Positions 17,279 through 27,245 of a stretch of 64,000 nucleotides of DNA are shown piece after piece. Position 1 is the first letter of the stretch. Each line of letters begins with the position of its first letter. The notes under the pieces are model-generated. The model saw nothing but the letters and a program-made list of their open reading frames with translations. It was not told the DNA's origin and did no database searches. The translations under genes were made by a program, and so were the position numbers. The stretch is from a virus: IMG/VR virus record IMGVR_UViG_3300020411_000003; one strand, written 5' to 3'.

Positions 17279-19680
17279 TATTTGAATGCTGAGTATACAA
17301 ATTGATATTGATCGACCTGCGTTTCTGCTGAATTATCAATATGAGACAATGGTTCATCATGAGATTCAGTATTATGAGTAATAACGTTCTGACTATTAAG
17401 GGTTAAACTATCTAAATCAACCTCATTCTTAACCAGTCTATTAAGAGACTGTTCCTTTGAATTCAAATCAACAATTTCTGCTTTACCATTAGCTAATGGT
17501 TCTGCCCATGATGGTCTCTCACCAGTATATCCAGGATGATTGTAGTATGCATTTGGACCATGCATATCTTGATACTGACCAACAGGATCTGGGAATATAA
17601 AATCGGTAAGGAAACTTGCAATACCAAGTGCTTTTGATCCAAACTTAAGGAATGGTTTTGCCATACCCATAAGTCCCAAACCTTTATTTGCTGGTGATGT
17701 CATCAACCCTCTAGCAATATTTGCTTGAGCACTGTTAGGATATGCACCACCCAGTAATCTCTGAGCTAGATTCAATCCCTTAGTTGCTTGTTTAGGTTTA
17801 ACAGCAACTTCTGATGACATACCAAAATTCTTCAACCAACCAGGCAATCTAAGACCAGAACCTTTCGGTTGTAGTACATTTAATACCTTACCTCTTCCAG
17901 CACCAAGATTACTAGCACCAGTTCCTGGAAGACCCTTAACACTGAAAGGATTTAAACCAGTAGCACCAGGTCTAGCATACTGAGCAGAATTCCAGAAGTC
18001 TGGTGTTAAGAATGTCTTACCTTTACCAGCCCAACTCATAGCATTGCTAGGTTTGAATCCACCTGAGAATATACTGGCTGCTCTAGCATTACTGGTTCCA
18101 TGATATAAGTTTTGTAGACTACTTGAACCACTTAAACCTGGACCACCTATACCACCATATCCATGATCCCCTCCATCACCACTTTCTCTGTCACCTCTGA
18201 ATAATCCAAATATATCCCACCACGCACGTCTATTCTGACTCTGTTCTTTCCTGAAGATCTCCTGATTTCTTTGTTCTGACTGGTATGCTTTAGTCTCTAA
18301 TAAATTATTGACCTTACCACTAATTGTATCTTTAACACTAAATGCTTGAGCAACAGGATCAATAACAGATCCTATAGTATTTTTCATACCACTGAATCCT
18401 GGTGTTGCTCTAACAGCATTACCAGTAGCAGCCATGATTCCTAATGAAGCAACCTCAAATGGTAACTTCATTGCTTTCATCAAATTCTCTTCACTGAACT
18501 TGTCTCTCTTAACATCATTCACTGGAGACTTCATTATATTACCAGAAGTCTCAGATGGTCTCTGAGCAAAGAAGTTCATTGCTGGTATTTGTGGAGTAGG
18601 AGCAGGTATATCTGTTCCAGTCTCATACTGTTTACGAGTTACACCATCAACAGCACTCGGTTGTCCTTGTGTATAATTATTATCTAATGGTGTGATCATC
18701 TCATCACCATGTAACCTGACTAGGTATCCACTATCAGGACCAGAAACTATACCACCCTGTTCAAAGTTAGGAACATCAACTCCACCAAAATCTAACTCCT
18801 CATTATCAACATCTAAAGCATTCTCAAGTTCATTCTCTTGTCTTATCTGATTAGGATCCTCATCAAGATCAGTAAATCTCTCAGTACCAGAAAGATCATC
18901 CTCTTGGTCTAATTTTTTCTTTACCTCAGTAGTTTCTGCTTGATCAGCTTGTTGTTTAGCAAGTGCAAGTTGCTCATTTAATATACCAGCAATAGCATCT
19001 AACCTATCACCTATGCCATCATTGCTAACTTCAAGACCCTTAGCAATAGCAAGGTTGGACTGATTTGCAGCAGTAATCTCAGACTCTAGAGTACCCTGTT
19101 TCTGATTAATAGAAGCAACAGTTCTATTAAGTGACTCTGCTATAGCAGCAAAGAATATACCAAGTTTTTCATCCTTGACATTTACAGGGTTATTCTTCTC
19201 CGAAACACTACTTTCATACCTCCTAGTACCAGAAGATCCGACCATTGGAGTATTTGATTGTACATTCTTAGTGATTGCTCCAGGAGTAATATTAAGCATA
19301 TTACCAAGAATAGTATCATTTGGTACTATTTCAGGATCTATACCACCACCCCCACGAGGACCACCACCAGATGCTGTAGGTTGAGGATTTATAGGACTTG
19401 CAAACGGTGTACTCTGACCTCTATTAAAATAATCAGGATACTTAAATTTACTACCAAAATTCCTTCTCCTAACAAAACCAGGAGTCATCTGATACTTCAG
19501 TGCTTCACCAAAAAATTCTCCTCTACGAAGTCCTAGAATATCTCTGTCTACTTTAAGTTTATCAGCAGCAGCATGAGCACGTGCCTTCTCAGACTTAGCC
19601 ATACTGGCAGCATCAAACAACGCACCAATTATCATTGGTGCAATACTTCCGTCAGCTACAGCTTGATATCTAACAGTCAT
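17278..19680 (-). CDS. Long tape-measure-like virion protein with an ADP-ribosyltransferase-like domain
   Basis: Coiled-coil/low-complexity scaffold in the tail module; the segment LYHGTS..GKGKTFLTPD..SAQYA..SSEVAV resembles PARP-type ARTs. Confidence 0.6.
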   Translation of the reverse strand: MTVRYQAVADGSIAPMIIGALFDAASMAKSEKARAHAAADKLKVDRDILGLRRGEFFGEALKYQMTPGFVRRRNFGSKFKYPDYFNRGQSTPFASPINPQPTASGGGPRGGGGIDPEIVPNDTILGNMLNITPGAITKNVQSNTPMVGSSGTRRYESSVSEKNNPVNVKDEKLGIFFAAIAESLNRTVASINQKQGTLESEITAANQSNLAIAKGLEVSNDGIGDRLDAIAGILNEQLALAKQQADQAETTEVKKKLDQEDDLSGTERFTDLDEDPNQIRQENELENALDVDNEELDFGGVDVPNFEQGGIVSGPDSGYLVRLHGDEMITPLDNNYTQGQPSAVDGVTRKQYETGTDIPAPTPQIPAMNFFAQRPSETSGNIMKSPVNDVKRDKFSEENLMKAMKLPFEVASLGIMAATGNAVRATPGFSGMKNTIGSVIDPVAQAFSVKDTISGKVNNLLETKAYQSEQRNQEIFRKEQSQNRRAWWDIFGLFRGDRESGDGGDHGYGGIGGPGLSGSSSLQNLYHGTSNARAASIFSGGFKPSNAMSWAGKGKTFLTPDFWNSAQYARPGATGLNPFSVKGLPGTGASNLGAGRGKVLNVLQPKGSGLRLPGWLKNFGMSSEVAVKPKQATKGLNLAQRLLGGAYPNSAQANIARGLMTSPANKGLGLMGMAKPFLKFGSKALGIASFLTDFIFPDPVGQYQDMHGPNAYYNHPGYTGERPSWAEPLANGKAEIVDLNSKEQSLNRLVKNEVDLDSLTLNSQNVITHNTESHDEPLSHIDNSAETQVDQYQFVYSAFK

Positions 19681-19681
19681 T

Positions 19682-22600
19682 CTATCCTACTAACTTTGCC
19701 AACTTAAACATCTCAAGAGAATTATTGTTACTAGCAATAACATTATTCTTCCTCTTGACAGTCTGGTTGTTAACTATAGTGTTATTTAACATAACAATCT
19801 GTAAAGTATTAGAATCTTCCTCTATTTGACTAAACAATTTACTATCATCAAGAAGTCTATTATCATTCATTAAATTAATTGCTGATAAAATTTCAGTTTG
19901 AAGATTATTATTCACTTGTAAATCTTTAATATCATTGTGATGTGGTGATTCATCATAATCAATAGGGTTATCTCGCAACAGATTTAAAATAGGACTACTT
20001 CTTCTTTCTCCTACATCATTCATCCACTTAGATTCTACTCCAGGTCTGTTAACTGGATCTGCAAACTGAAGTTGTCTTGCTGCTTCTTCAAAATCACCAT
20101 TTTTCAATGCTTCTTCCATTGATGGAAATGCATCTAAGAAATAAGGACCCATATTAAAGACCAAATCAATCAATGCTGCTCTCTGTCTTTCAGAAGCTTC
20201 TGCCCAACCAGGAAGATTCATTGCTGCTTCTAAATGATGTTTGAAATCCATCTCAAATAATTCATTAGCTTTCTCTTGAGTAATAACATCACCTTCCTTC
20301 AAACCATATACAGGAGAATCTTCATCAATTAAGTGTCCATAACCAATTGTCAGATTGTCGTTGTTATCATAATATGCGTCAAGTCTAAGTCCTTCATGCT
20401 CTTTGATCATCTCTTTCTCAAAAGTATAATCTTTCTGTTCAATACCTCCTAATAGGTCATTCCTCTTTGGAGATAGACCTTCAGATTTAATAATCAAGTT
20501 AGTTAAGAAACTTGCATTAGAATAGGTTGCCGTACTATCAGGTTCATAGAAATCAACACTGGTATGATATCCAGACATCCTACCAGCACCATTAGGTTGA
20601 AGTTCTGGTTCACCTGATGGAGCAGATACAAAACCAACTTGTCCTAGATATTGTCCTCTTCTAACCTTTTTTCCTTCTTTGACTTTAATACCACCATCAG
20701 GAAAGTGTGCGTACAAAGCATCAAATTCCTTACCATTGGTAGGATCAGTACTTCTAATAATTACAACGTTACCATAATTGGTACTTTGATGTCCTGTCTT
20801 AACAACTGTACCATCAAACAATGAATAATTCTTAGTATAATCACCATAACTAAAATCAACACCAGGTTCTCCTGAACGGTCTAGACCTTGCTTACCTGTA
20901 AAAGTTATAGTAGTCGGATTAGGATGATCACCATCTCCTCCAAATGATTGCAACCATTTTCCAAACATCTTTATAGGTTGAAATCCACCTTCACCATTAT
21001 TTTCTTCTGGTTCTACTTCTTCTTTCTTACGATTTTTATCAAATTGTTCCTTAGCCCACGCTGACAAACTATCTGTTCTTTCTAAGTAAGTTTCAGTAGT
21101 TGCCCTTGATTTAACTGGTGCAGTTTTAATACCAGTATTATATCTAATATTTCTAACTGCAAATGGTAAGGAAGAAACTGTATTAGAGATATCTCTATCA
21201 ACTCTGAGATCTCTTGCCATTGCAACACTAGTAGATACTAAAGTATCACCAATATTTTTAATATGGCTTGTGGTCATACCACTCTTAGGATCTACTGCTT
21301 GAATCAACTCTGTACCGTGCATCATACTATCTCCTCTCCTGGTCAATCCATATGGATTACCTTGTTCAAACTGGTCTATTCTACCACCACTAGCGGTATA
21401 ATTCAAACGATCATTAGCGTCAGGAGGAGGTGGTAACCCAAGTGGGTTAAACCCAAGATCCCTACCAATATCAACTGCGGTGACACCCCATCCTAGTATA
21501 GGTACAGCAGAAAGTAAGGATAATATACCACCAGTCGTATCACCCTGAGAGAATCTATATCCTGCTTCACCTAATGCTATAAACGTACCTACACCTGGTA
21601 TGAATTTAGAACTCTTACCAAGTGCTTTAGCACCTGCTTTAGTAGCTACCTTTTTCGTTGCTTTTTTGCCTGCACTACTAGCAAATTTCTTCTGTATAAC
21701 TCTACTACCAACATCTGATCCAAGATAAGGAACTTTTCTTGAAATGGAAGGTGGTAACCCCATTTGAGGTGCAATATCAGCACTCACACCTTTCATACCT
21801 TTGACCAGTTCAGGAGAGATCAACCCCTTATTGATCATCTGTTGGACTCCACTCTTCTGTCCAGCTCTTGCTGCACGTGCTGCTCTATCTTTTAGAATTT
21901 TAGCATCCCCAAAATCTCCTAACAATTCTTCAGGTATACCAGATTTGAGGGTGGCATCCAGACGGGCTAAACCCTTTGGCGATAAAATTGTCTTCTGGTG
22001 TTTTCTAATTGAAGTTCTTCCTAAACCAGTTTCAAGATATTTTTTAAATCTGGGTTTTCCAAGTTGTCTAGTCAGATAAGCACCTGCATATTCAGGTCCA
22101 AATCTCATTAAAATCTTCCTGAAATTCTTACCCCCTATAATTTCACCAGTAGCTGTAGCAAGTCTTCTTCTACCAAAACCTCTTACACCTAATCGAGACT
22201 TTATTGCATTAGCTGCTTTCTTTAAACCAAGTTTATCAAAAACTGCATTAGCAATTTTTCTACCAACAATATCGGATAGAGCTCCAAATATCCATTGACC
22301 TGTTTCAGTTCCAGTACCAAATCCAGTATATCTCCTAGTTCTTGAAAGATCTCTTGTTAGTTCTAATTGATTCTCTGCTCGAGCTACCTGTGATTTGTCC
22401 TTAAGAATATTTTGAAATTCAAACTGTTGTTGATATAAATTTAAAACCTTATCTAATTTACCTGCAATCAACTCATTATGATCGATCATCAAATCGATAC
22501 TATGCTGATGAGATGTTCTTATGTCAGATAAAAGATTCAGACTCTTAGATACTCTTTGATCTACCAGTGCTAACTTAGCATCTATACCACCACCAAAAAC

Positions 22601-23026
22601 ACGAGCAACATACTCTCTAAGTTTCTCGTCTTTTACTGGTATATGATCATCATTTGCCAAAAGATCGTCAACAGCACGATCAACGTCTTCATTAGACTTT
22701 TTTACTTCTTCTTCAGCCTCCTCAGTCTGTTTCTTTGTTCTAGGAAAATTTGCAGCAAATCTACTTGCTTTACTAGCTGCTCTATCAGTTTTCCTGGCAT
22801 CAGAATTTGGATTAAGAGTGCCTATTGTTCTGGCAAAGAAGTCTCCACCAAATTCACTTACTAATGCCTTACCAAATAAATTACCACTATTAGCAACATT
22901 CAGACCAGCTTGTCTATCCCTCTCCTGTGACTCTGCCTCGTCTCTAGCCATGCCAGCAGCAGACATTACCTTACCTGCTATCCACTGGGAAGTATCACCT
23001 CTAACTGTTGACTGATATCTAGCCAT
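19682..23026 (-). CDS. Long tape-measure-like virion protein with M23-like and GH24 lysozyme domains
   Basis: Helical, basic N-terminal half; M23-like region (GVDF..YGNVVII..YAHF..GQYLG); lysozyme EGLRLDAYYDNNDNLTIGYGH. Confidence 0.8.
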   Translation of the reverse strand: MARYQSTVRGDTSQWIAGKVMSAAGMARDEAESQERDRQAGLNVANSGNLFGKALVSEFGGDFFARTIGTLNPNSDARKTDRAASKASRFAANFPRTKKQTEEAEEEVKKSNEDVDRAVDDLLANDDHIPVKDEKLREYVARVFGGGIDAKLALVDQRVSKSLNLLSDIRTSHQHSIDLMIDHNELIAGKLDKVLNLYQQQFEFQNILKDKSQVARAENQLELTRDLSRTRRYTGFGTGTETGQWIFGALSDIVGRKIANAVFDKLGLKKAANAIKSRLGVRGFGRRRLATATGEIIGGKNFRKILMRFGPEYAGAYLTRQLGKPRFKKYLETGLGRTSIRKHQKTILSPKGLARLDATLKSGIPEELLGDFGDAKILKDRAARAARAGQKSGVQQMINKGLISPELVKGMKGVSADIAPQMGLPPSISRKVPYLGSDVGSRVIQKKFASSAGKKATKKVATKAGAKALGKSSKFIPGVGTFIALGEAGYRFSQGDTTGGILSLLSAVPILGWGVTAVDIGRDLGFNPLGLPPPPDANDRLNYTASGGRIDQFEQGNPYGLTRRGDSMMHGTELIQAVDPKSGMTTSHIKNIGDTLVSTSVAMARDLRVDRDISNTVSSLPFAVRNIRYNTGIKTAPVKSRATTETYLERTDSLSAWAKEQFDKNRKKEEVEPEENNGEGGFQPIKMFGKWLQSFGGDGDHPNPTTITFTGKQGLDRSGEPGVDFSYGDYTKNYSLFDGTVVKTGHQSTNYGNVVIIRSTDPTNGKEFDALYAHFPDGGIKVKEGKKVRRGQYLGQVGFVSAPSGEPELQPNGAGRMSGYHTSVDFYEPDSTATYSNASFLTNLIIKSEGLSPKRNDLLGGIEQKDYTFEKEMIKEHEGLRLDAYYDNNDNLTIGYGHLIDEDSPVYGLKEGDVITQEKANELFEMDFKHHLEAAMNLPGWAEASERQRAALIDLVFNMGPYFLDAFPSMEEALKNGDFEEAARQLQFADPVNRPGVESKWMNDVGERRSSPILNLLRDNPIDYDESPHHNDIKDLQVNNNLQTEILSAINLMNDNRLLDDSKLFSQIEEDSNTLQIVMLNNTIVNNQTVKRKNNVIASNNNSLEMFKLAKLVG

Positions 23027-23162
23027 TCTGTGCCTGTTGCTTTTGTTTGACTTCTTCTAGATATTGCATCAAGAACGCTACATAAACTTCACGTTCCCAT
23101 GGCATCCAATTCTCTACTTCGGTCAAACTATATTTATGGTACTGCATCAGAGCAAAATTCAT
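23019..23162 (-). CDS. gp51: gp51-like baseplate hub assembly protein (47 aa; possibly made as a gp26 fusion)
   Basis: Read by hand: MNFALMQYHKYSLTEVENWMPWEREVYVAFLMQYLEEVKQKQQAQNG. Confidence 0.8.
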   Translation of the reverse strand: MNFALMQYHKYSLTEVENWMPWEREVYVAFLMQYLEEVKQKQQAQNG

Positions 23163-23197
23163 TCTATAGTACCCCTCCAGGTTATTATGGAAGAGTG

Positions 23198-23911
23198 CTA
23201 TACGAAAAAACTCTGTAATCCCTCCAAAGTATACTCAGATTCAACTCCAGTCTTGGGATTAGTCACTTTAAACGTATGACGCAATTTTGGAGATGTTTCA
23301 TAGAATTGTTGAATTGACTCAAATTGCTTAGTAGTCAATCCTTCGACAAATTGCCGAAATTCCTTCTTTGTAGTAGTTGTAGAGTCAAATACCTCTTCAG
23401 AGTCATATATCTGATCTATGCTTTCAGCAATTAAATCAAAAACTTGCTCAGTATCCAATTCTTTCTGTAAAAAGTCTAATTCGATGAATCTCTGCATACT
23501 TGGATATTTCATCACAATACCCATTTCATCAGTCAACTCAATTTTGTTAGTATGACCTTCTGGTTTGAAAACATTGATATCATCAATATTAATGACTGTT
23601 TCTGCTTTTGTCTCATTATCATCAAGACAAGTTACAGTCAAAGTGATGCTTTCTCCAATAGAAGCACCTCTAATCTTCAAAAAGAGATATTCCAAATCAA
23701 ACAAAGGTAGCGTATCCACCTTAATTCTCGAAATAACGCAATTTTTGATTAAATCCTTAACAGCAGATGTAATCTGTTTTTCGTCTTCTGCCTCTAATGC
23801 TAGTAAAAGTACTTTTTCCTCTTTTACTAAAAATGGTCGATATTTAACAGTTTTGCCTGTAGAAGGCAATTCTAATTCATAGGTAGGATAACCAACTTTC
23901 GGTAATGCCAT
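23198..23911 (-). CDS. gp26: Baseplate hub assembly protein gp26-like
   Basis: MALPKVGYPTYELELPSTGKTVKYRPFLVKEEK signature. Confidence 0.9.
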   Translation of the reverse strand: MALPKVGYPTYELELPSTGKTVKYRPFLVKEEKVLLLALEAEDEKQITSAVKDLIKNCVISRIKVDTLPLFDLEYLFLKIRGASIGESITLTVTCLDDNETKAETVINIDDINVFKPEGHTNKIELTDEMGIVMKYPSMQRFIELDFLQKELDTEQVFDLIAESIDQIYDSEEVFDSTTTTKKEFRQFVEGLTTKQFESIQQFYETSPKLRHTFKVTNPKTGVESEYTLEGLQSFFV

Positions 23912-23931
23912 AAAAACTAATTCAAGTCGTA

Positions 23932-23939
23932 TATTTATA
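23932..23939 (-). promoter_or_regulatory. Late promoter TATAAATA
   Basis: Exact consensus about 20 nt upstream of gp26. Confidence 0.8.
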
Positions 23940-24012
23940 TATAGCGACTTTTTCAGAGAAAAATGTGCGGAGATTTTTTTCCCGATTTTATGGAATCGAA
24001 AATCCGAATTTG

Positions 24013-24720
24013 CTAGCCTGGTGGGAGTCTTCCTGTTCTATCAAAAAATTCGGTGGCAGTTTCTTCTTTCTTTGCTTGAGCCATATTTTTATTTTGATTC
24101 ACTTCAGAGAAAATTACCGAATGTCTTACGTAATGAAAGTTAACAGTGACTCTGGTGACCTGAGAGGATCCATAAGACAAAGGAACAGCATCTATAGCAT
24201 AAGGATAAGAACCTTCCAACATATATGTAATTGAAGGTCTATCACCATACCCAACATAATTTGACGCATTTGTAGTACCTAATTCAACCTTAGTAATCCT
24301 AGTTGTACAGGTATAAGTTTCAGGATAAGAAAGTCTAGTCTTTCTCTCTCTTGTCCTAGTTCCTTGAGACATCATATTTTCAACGTCAGCAGCCTCAAGA
24401 ATTTGTTGATTATCAAGAAAAATTTGATCATACCACTGCTGAAAAAACTTTAACTGAGTCAAGTTTGCATCACAAAGGAATCCCAGAGACACATCAGTGA
24501 ACAATCTGGTATGCGGATATTGATAAGGACCTTCACCTAAAAATCGTCCTGTCATCTGTGCGGTAGCAGCCTGTACGTTAGGCAACTGTGCTTCATCACA
24601 GAACAAAGTTAGGTCTTCACCATCCCCACCTGGCCTATCAAATTTTACGAGATAGGTAGTCGTACGGGATATTCCCCCACGAGCTCCTATTTTTCCCATT
24701 AAGTTCTCTATGCTTGACAC
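24013..24720 (-). CDS. Tail tube-like/baseplate tail tube initiator (gp54-like)
   Basis: gp19/gp54-type features (CDEAQLP...FFQQW...YP..I..V.LSYG...VTVNFHY) and synteny. Confidence 0.7.
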   Translation of the reverse strand: MSSIENLMGKIGARGGISRTTTYLVKFDRPGGDGEDLTLFCDEAQLPNVQAATAQMTGRFLGEGPYQYPHTRLFTDVSLGFLCDANLTQLKFFQQWYDQIFLDNQQILEAADVENMMSQGTRTRERKTRLSYPETYTCTTRITKVELGTTNASNYVGYGDRPSITYMLEGSYPYAIDAVPLSYGSSQVTRVTVNFHYVRHSVIFSEVNQNKNMAQAKKEETATEFFDRTGRLPPG

Positions 24721-24751
24721 ACTAAATAAAAACGTGGAATCTATATTATAT

Positions 24752-25189
24752 ATGGCAAAGACAGGACTCTATAAGCCCAATAACCCTAAAAAGTATAAAG
24801 GTAATCCTACCACTATCATTTATAGGTCATCTTGGGAACAAAAATTCATGAGGTTCTGTGATAGAACAAACTCTATCATAGAGTGGGGAAGCGAAGAGTA
24901 TATTATACCTTACAGGTGTCCTACAGATAACAAAGTCCATCGGTACTATCCTGACTTTTATATTAAAGTTCGTAAAAAGGATGGAACGTACGCTAAGTAC
25001 ATAATCGAAATCAAACCGAAGAAACAAACGAAACCACCGTATGATCATAAAGATAAAAGAACATCTGCTTACAAAAAAGCTTGTCTAACGTTCGCTAAAA
25101 ACCGTGCCAAATGGGATGCTGCCGAAGACTACTGTGAGGATAGGCAGATGGGTTTCCTTATATTAACTGAAGAAAACCTAGGAGTGTAG
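24752..25189 (+). CDS. gp4: Head completion nuclease gp4
   Basis: YKPNNPKKYKG..IIYRSSWE..WGSEE..YYPDF..IEIKP. Start refined. Confidence 0.92.
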   Translation: MAKTGLYKPNNPKKYKGNPTTIIYRSSWEQKFMRFCDRTNSIIEWGSEEYIIPYRCPTDNKVHRYYPDFYIKVRKKDGTYAKYIIEIKPKKQTKPPYDHKDKRTSAYKKACLTFAKNRAKWDAAEDYCEDRQMGFLILTEENLGV

Positions 25190-25200
25190 GAGTATGAAAA

Positions 25201-25887
25201 ATGGCACAAGGATTTGGAGAGATACAGCGATCTGCTGTAAAAGAATCTACTGGTTATGAAACAATCTTTGAGAAAGTATCTCAAAAGACTGGAGGTGAGA
25301 AGAAATCCCTTACATGGTACAGAAATACTGTAAGGGAAGAAGTAATTAGATTTAAAAAGGATCATAAAAAATTCATTCGTGATGAGAGATATGATTCTTT
25401 TGACCCCGAAGATGAGCAAGACGCAAATGTATTGAGAAGATATGCAGTGCAAGGTCACATGTACCTCTTCGAATACAAAGCACAATCTAAATATCTACCA
25501 TATTGGGACAAGTTTCCGCTTGTTTATTGTATTAAGTCTGAACCAAATGAATTCTTTGGAGCTAACTTACATTACATGACACCTAAGAAAAGGATACTTG
25601 CTATAAGAGATCTAATGAATGGAAGGATCAACCTACCTAAGGCTTGCTTCCATAAATACCTTAAGTCTAATGTGGACGGTCTTTTATTAGATCTATCTGC
25701 TGAAGAATGGGATACGGCAATCCTCCTCCCAGTTGAAGATTTTGTTATAACTAGAAAAGGTTCAGAGTATAACTTCTCTAAAGAAGATGTCTGGAGTGAT
25801 ACCAATGAAAACTTCTACGACAAAATCAAAGCACGTAGAATGATCAGAGGATATGGAACAGAAAAATCAGTATCTATGGCAAAATGA
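25201..25887 (+). CDS. gp2: DNA end protector gp2
   Basis: YLFEYKA..LPYWDKFPLV..GANLHY motif. Confidence 0.88.
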   Translation: MAQGFGEIQRSAVKESTGYETIFEKVSQKTGGEKKSLTWYRNTVREEVIRFKKDHKKFIRDERYDSFDPEDEQDANVLRRYAVQGHMYLFEYKAQSKYLPYWDKFPLVYCIKSEPNEFFGANLHYMTPKKRILAIRDLMNGRINLPKACFHKYLKSNVDGLLLDLSAEEWDTAILLPVEDFVITRKGSEYNFSKEDVWSDTNENFYDKIKARRMIRGYGTEKSVSMAK

Positions 25888-27245
25888 GAATAAAGATAGA
25901 TAAAATTCCTGAAACAGCTGAATATCTTGGTAATGATGCGAAAGACAATATCAATATCAGTGGTGGGACACGAAGGGATTACTATTATGATCCAGCAACT
26001 GAAACATACTATGTCAAAGAGTTTGATGGTAGTCTACCATGGAAGCATTATATAGCAGGTGATTCTGATATTGCAACAGTTAAAGAAGATTTTGCTGCTG
26101 ATTTAATAAGAATAACTGATGCATATAACGATAGAGATACTACTATTGAAACAGATGATACTTCTGGTGATGAACTAGTCCAAGAATTTAATCTAACAAA
26201 TGATAGTGCATACTTACAACTAGCACAAGCAACAAGAAAGGACGGGAAAGATAGAACTATAGTACCTATTCCAAAAGGTAATCATGATGGTGATGCTGGT
26301 ACTAGTTTAAGATATCCTAACTCAGATTATTTTGAAAAAGATTCAGACTATATGATGTTTGAATTTGGTAAATATATACCACCATTTTTACCAGAAAATG
26401 TTCAAGATAGATTAGGAAGTGGTACAGCAGGAAGAAACGAAGACATATCTAGTAGATATATTGGATACAATCAGTCAGCAACAAACTTCAAACCAATAAC
26501 AGATAGTAAAAGATATAGACCAGTCATTCTATACATGCCTCAAGATATATCAACTGAGGTAAAAACATCATGGAATGCTAAAGCATTCAGTAGTATGGGT
26601 AGAGGTCTTGTTGCTGCTGCTAATGGTGACTTTAGTAAACTAGGAGATTACAATGTTCCTAACGGTTTAAAGAGTACGTTTGCAAGTTTGTTTACTCAAG
26701 GTATTAACTCAATTCCTGGTGTTGCTGGAAACTTATCATTAAATGACGTTACTGGATCAACCAGAGGTGTGATATTAAACCCAAACGTAGAAGTATTATT
26801 TGACCAACCAGATCTAAGAGAGTTTGGATTAAAGTTTAAGATGACTCCTCATAATGCAGAAGAAGCAAAGATTATCAGATCAATCTGTAGAACATTTCAA
26901 AGAGCATCACTACCAGGTTTTGGTGATGAGAACGCAGGTTCTTGGTTAGATAAAGACGGTGGCAATGATGCTAAAGGATCTGATAAAGTTTCTATTGGTG
27001 GAGGAAACATGATCACAGTACCACACATGTGTAGAGTATCTTTCATGAAAGGTTCAGGTTTACACCCATACTTGACACAATATAAAACATGTGCAATCAC
27101 TAGAGTACAAGTAAACTATACACCTGACGGAAACTATGCAACCTATGCAGATGGTGCTCCAGTTGCAACAGAGATATCACTAGACTTTCTAGAGACAAAA
27201 CTCATCTTCGACCAAGAAATATCAAATAATTCATCGAGTCTATAA
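25884..27245 (+). CDS. gp48: Baseplate tail tube cap gp48
   Basis: LYMPQDI..NPNVEVLF...LREF..F..TP.N..EA..I..I..F motif. Confidence 0.85.
   Translation: MRIKIDKIPETAEYLGNDAKDNINISGGTRRDYYYDPATETYYVKEFDGSLPWKHYIAGDSDIATVKEDFAADLIRITDAYNDRDTTIETDDTSGDELVQEFNLTNDSAYLQLAQATRKDGKDRTIVPIPKGNHDGDAGTSLRYPNSDYFEKDSDYMMFEFGKYIPPFLPENVQDRLGSGTAGRNEDISSRYIGYNQSATNFKPITDSKRYRPVILYMPQDISTEVKTSWNAKAFSSMGRGLVAAANGDFSKLGDYNVPNGLKSTFASLFTQGINSIPGVAGNLSLNDVTGSTRGVILNPNVEVLFDQPDLREFGLKFKMTPHNAEEAKIIRSICRTFQRASLPGFGDENAGSWLDKDGGNDAKGSDKVSIGGGNMITVPHMCRVSFMKGSGLHPYLTQYKTCAITRVQVNYTPDGNYATYADGAPVATEISLDFLETKLIFDQEISNNSSSL

Noticed and set aside
11633-23015. Plus-strand ORFs antisense to baseplate/tail genes
   Set aside because: They have no recognisable motifs and are typical antisense shadows.
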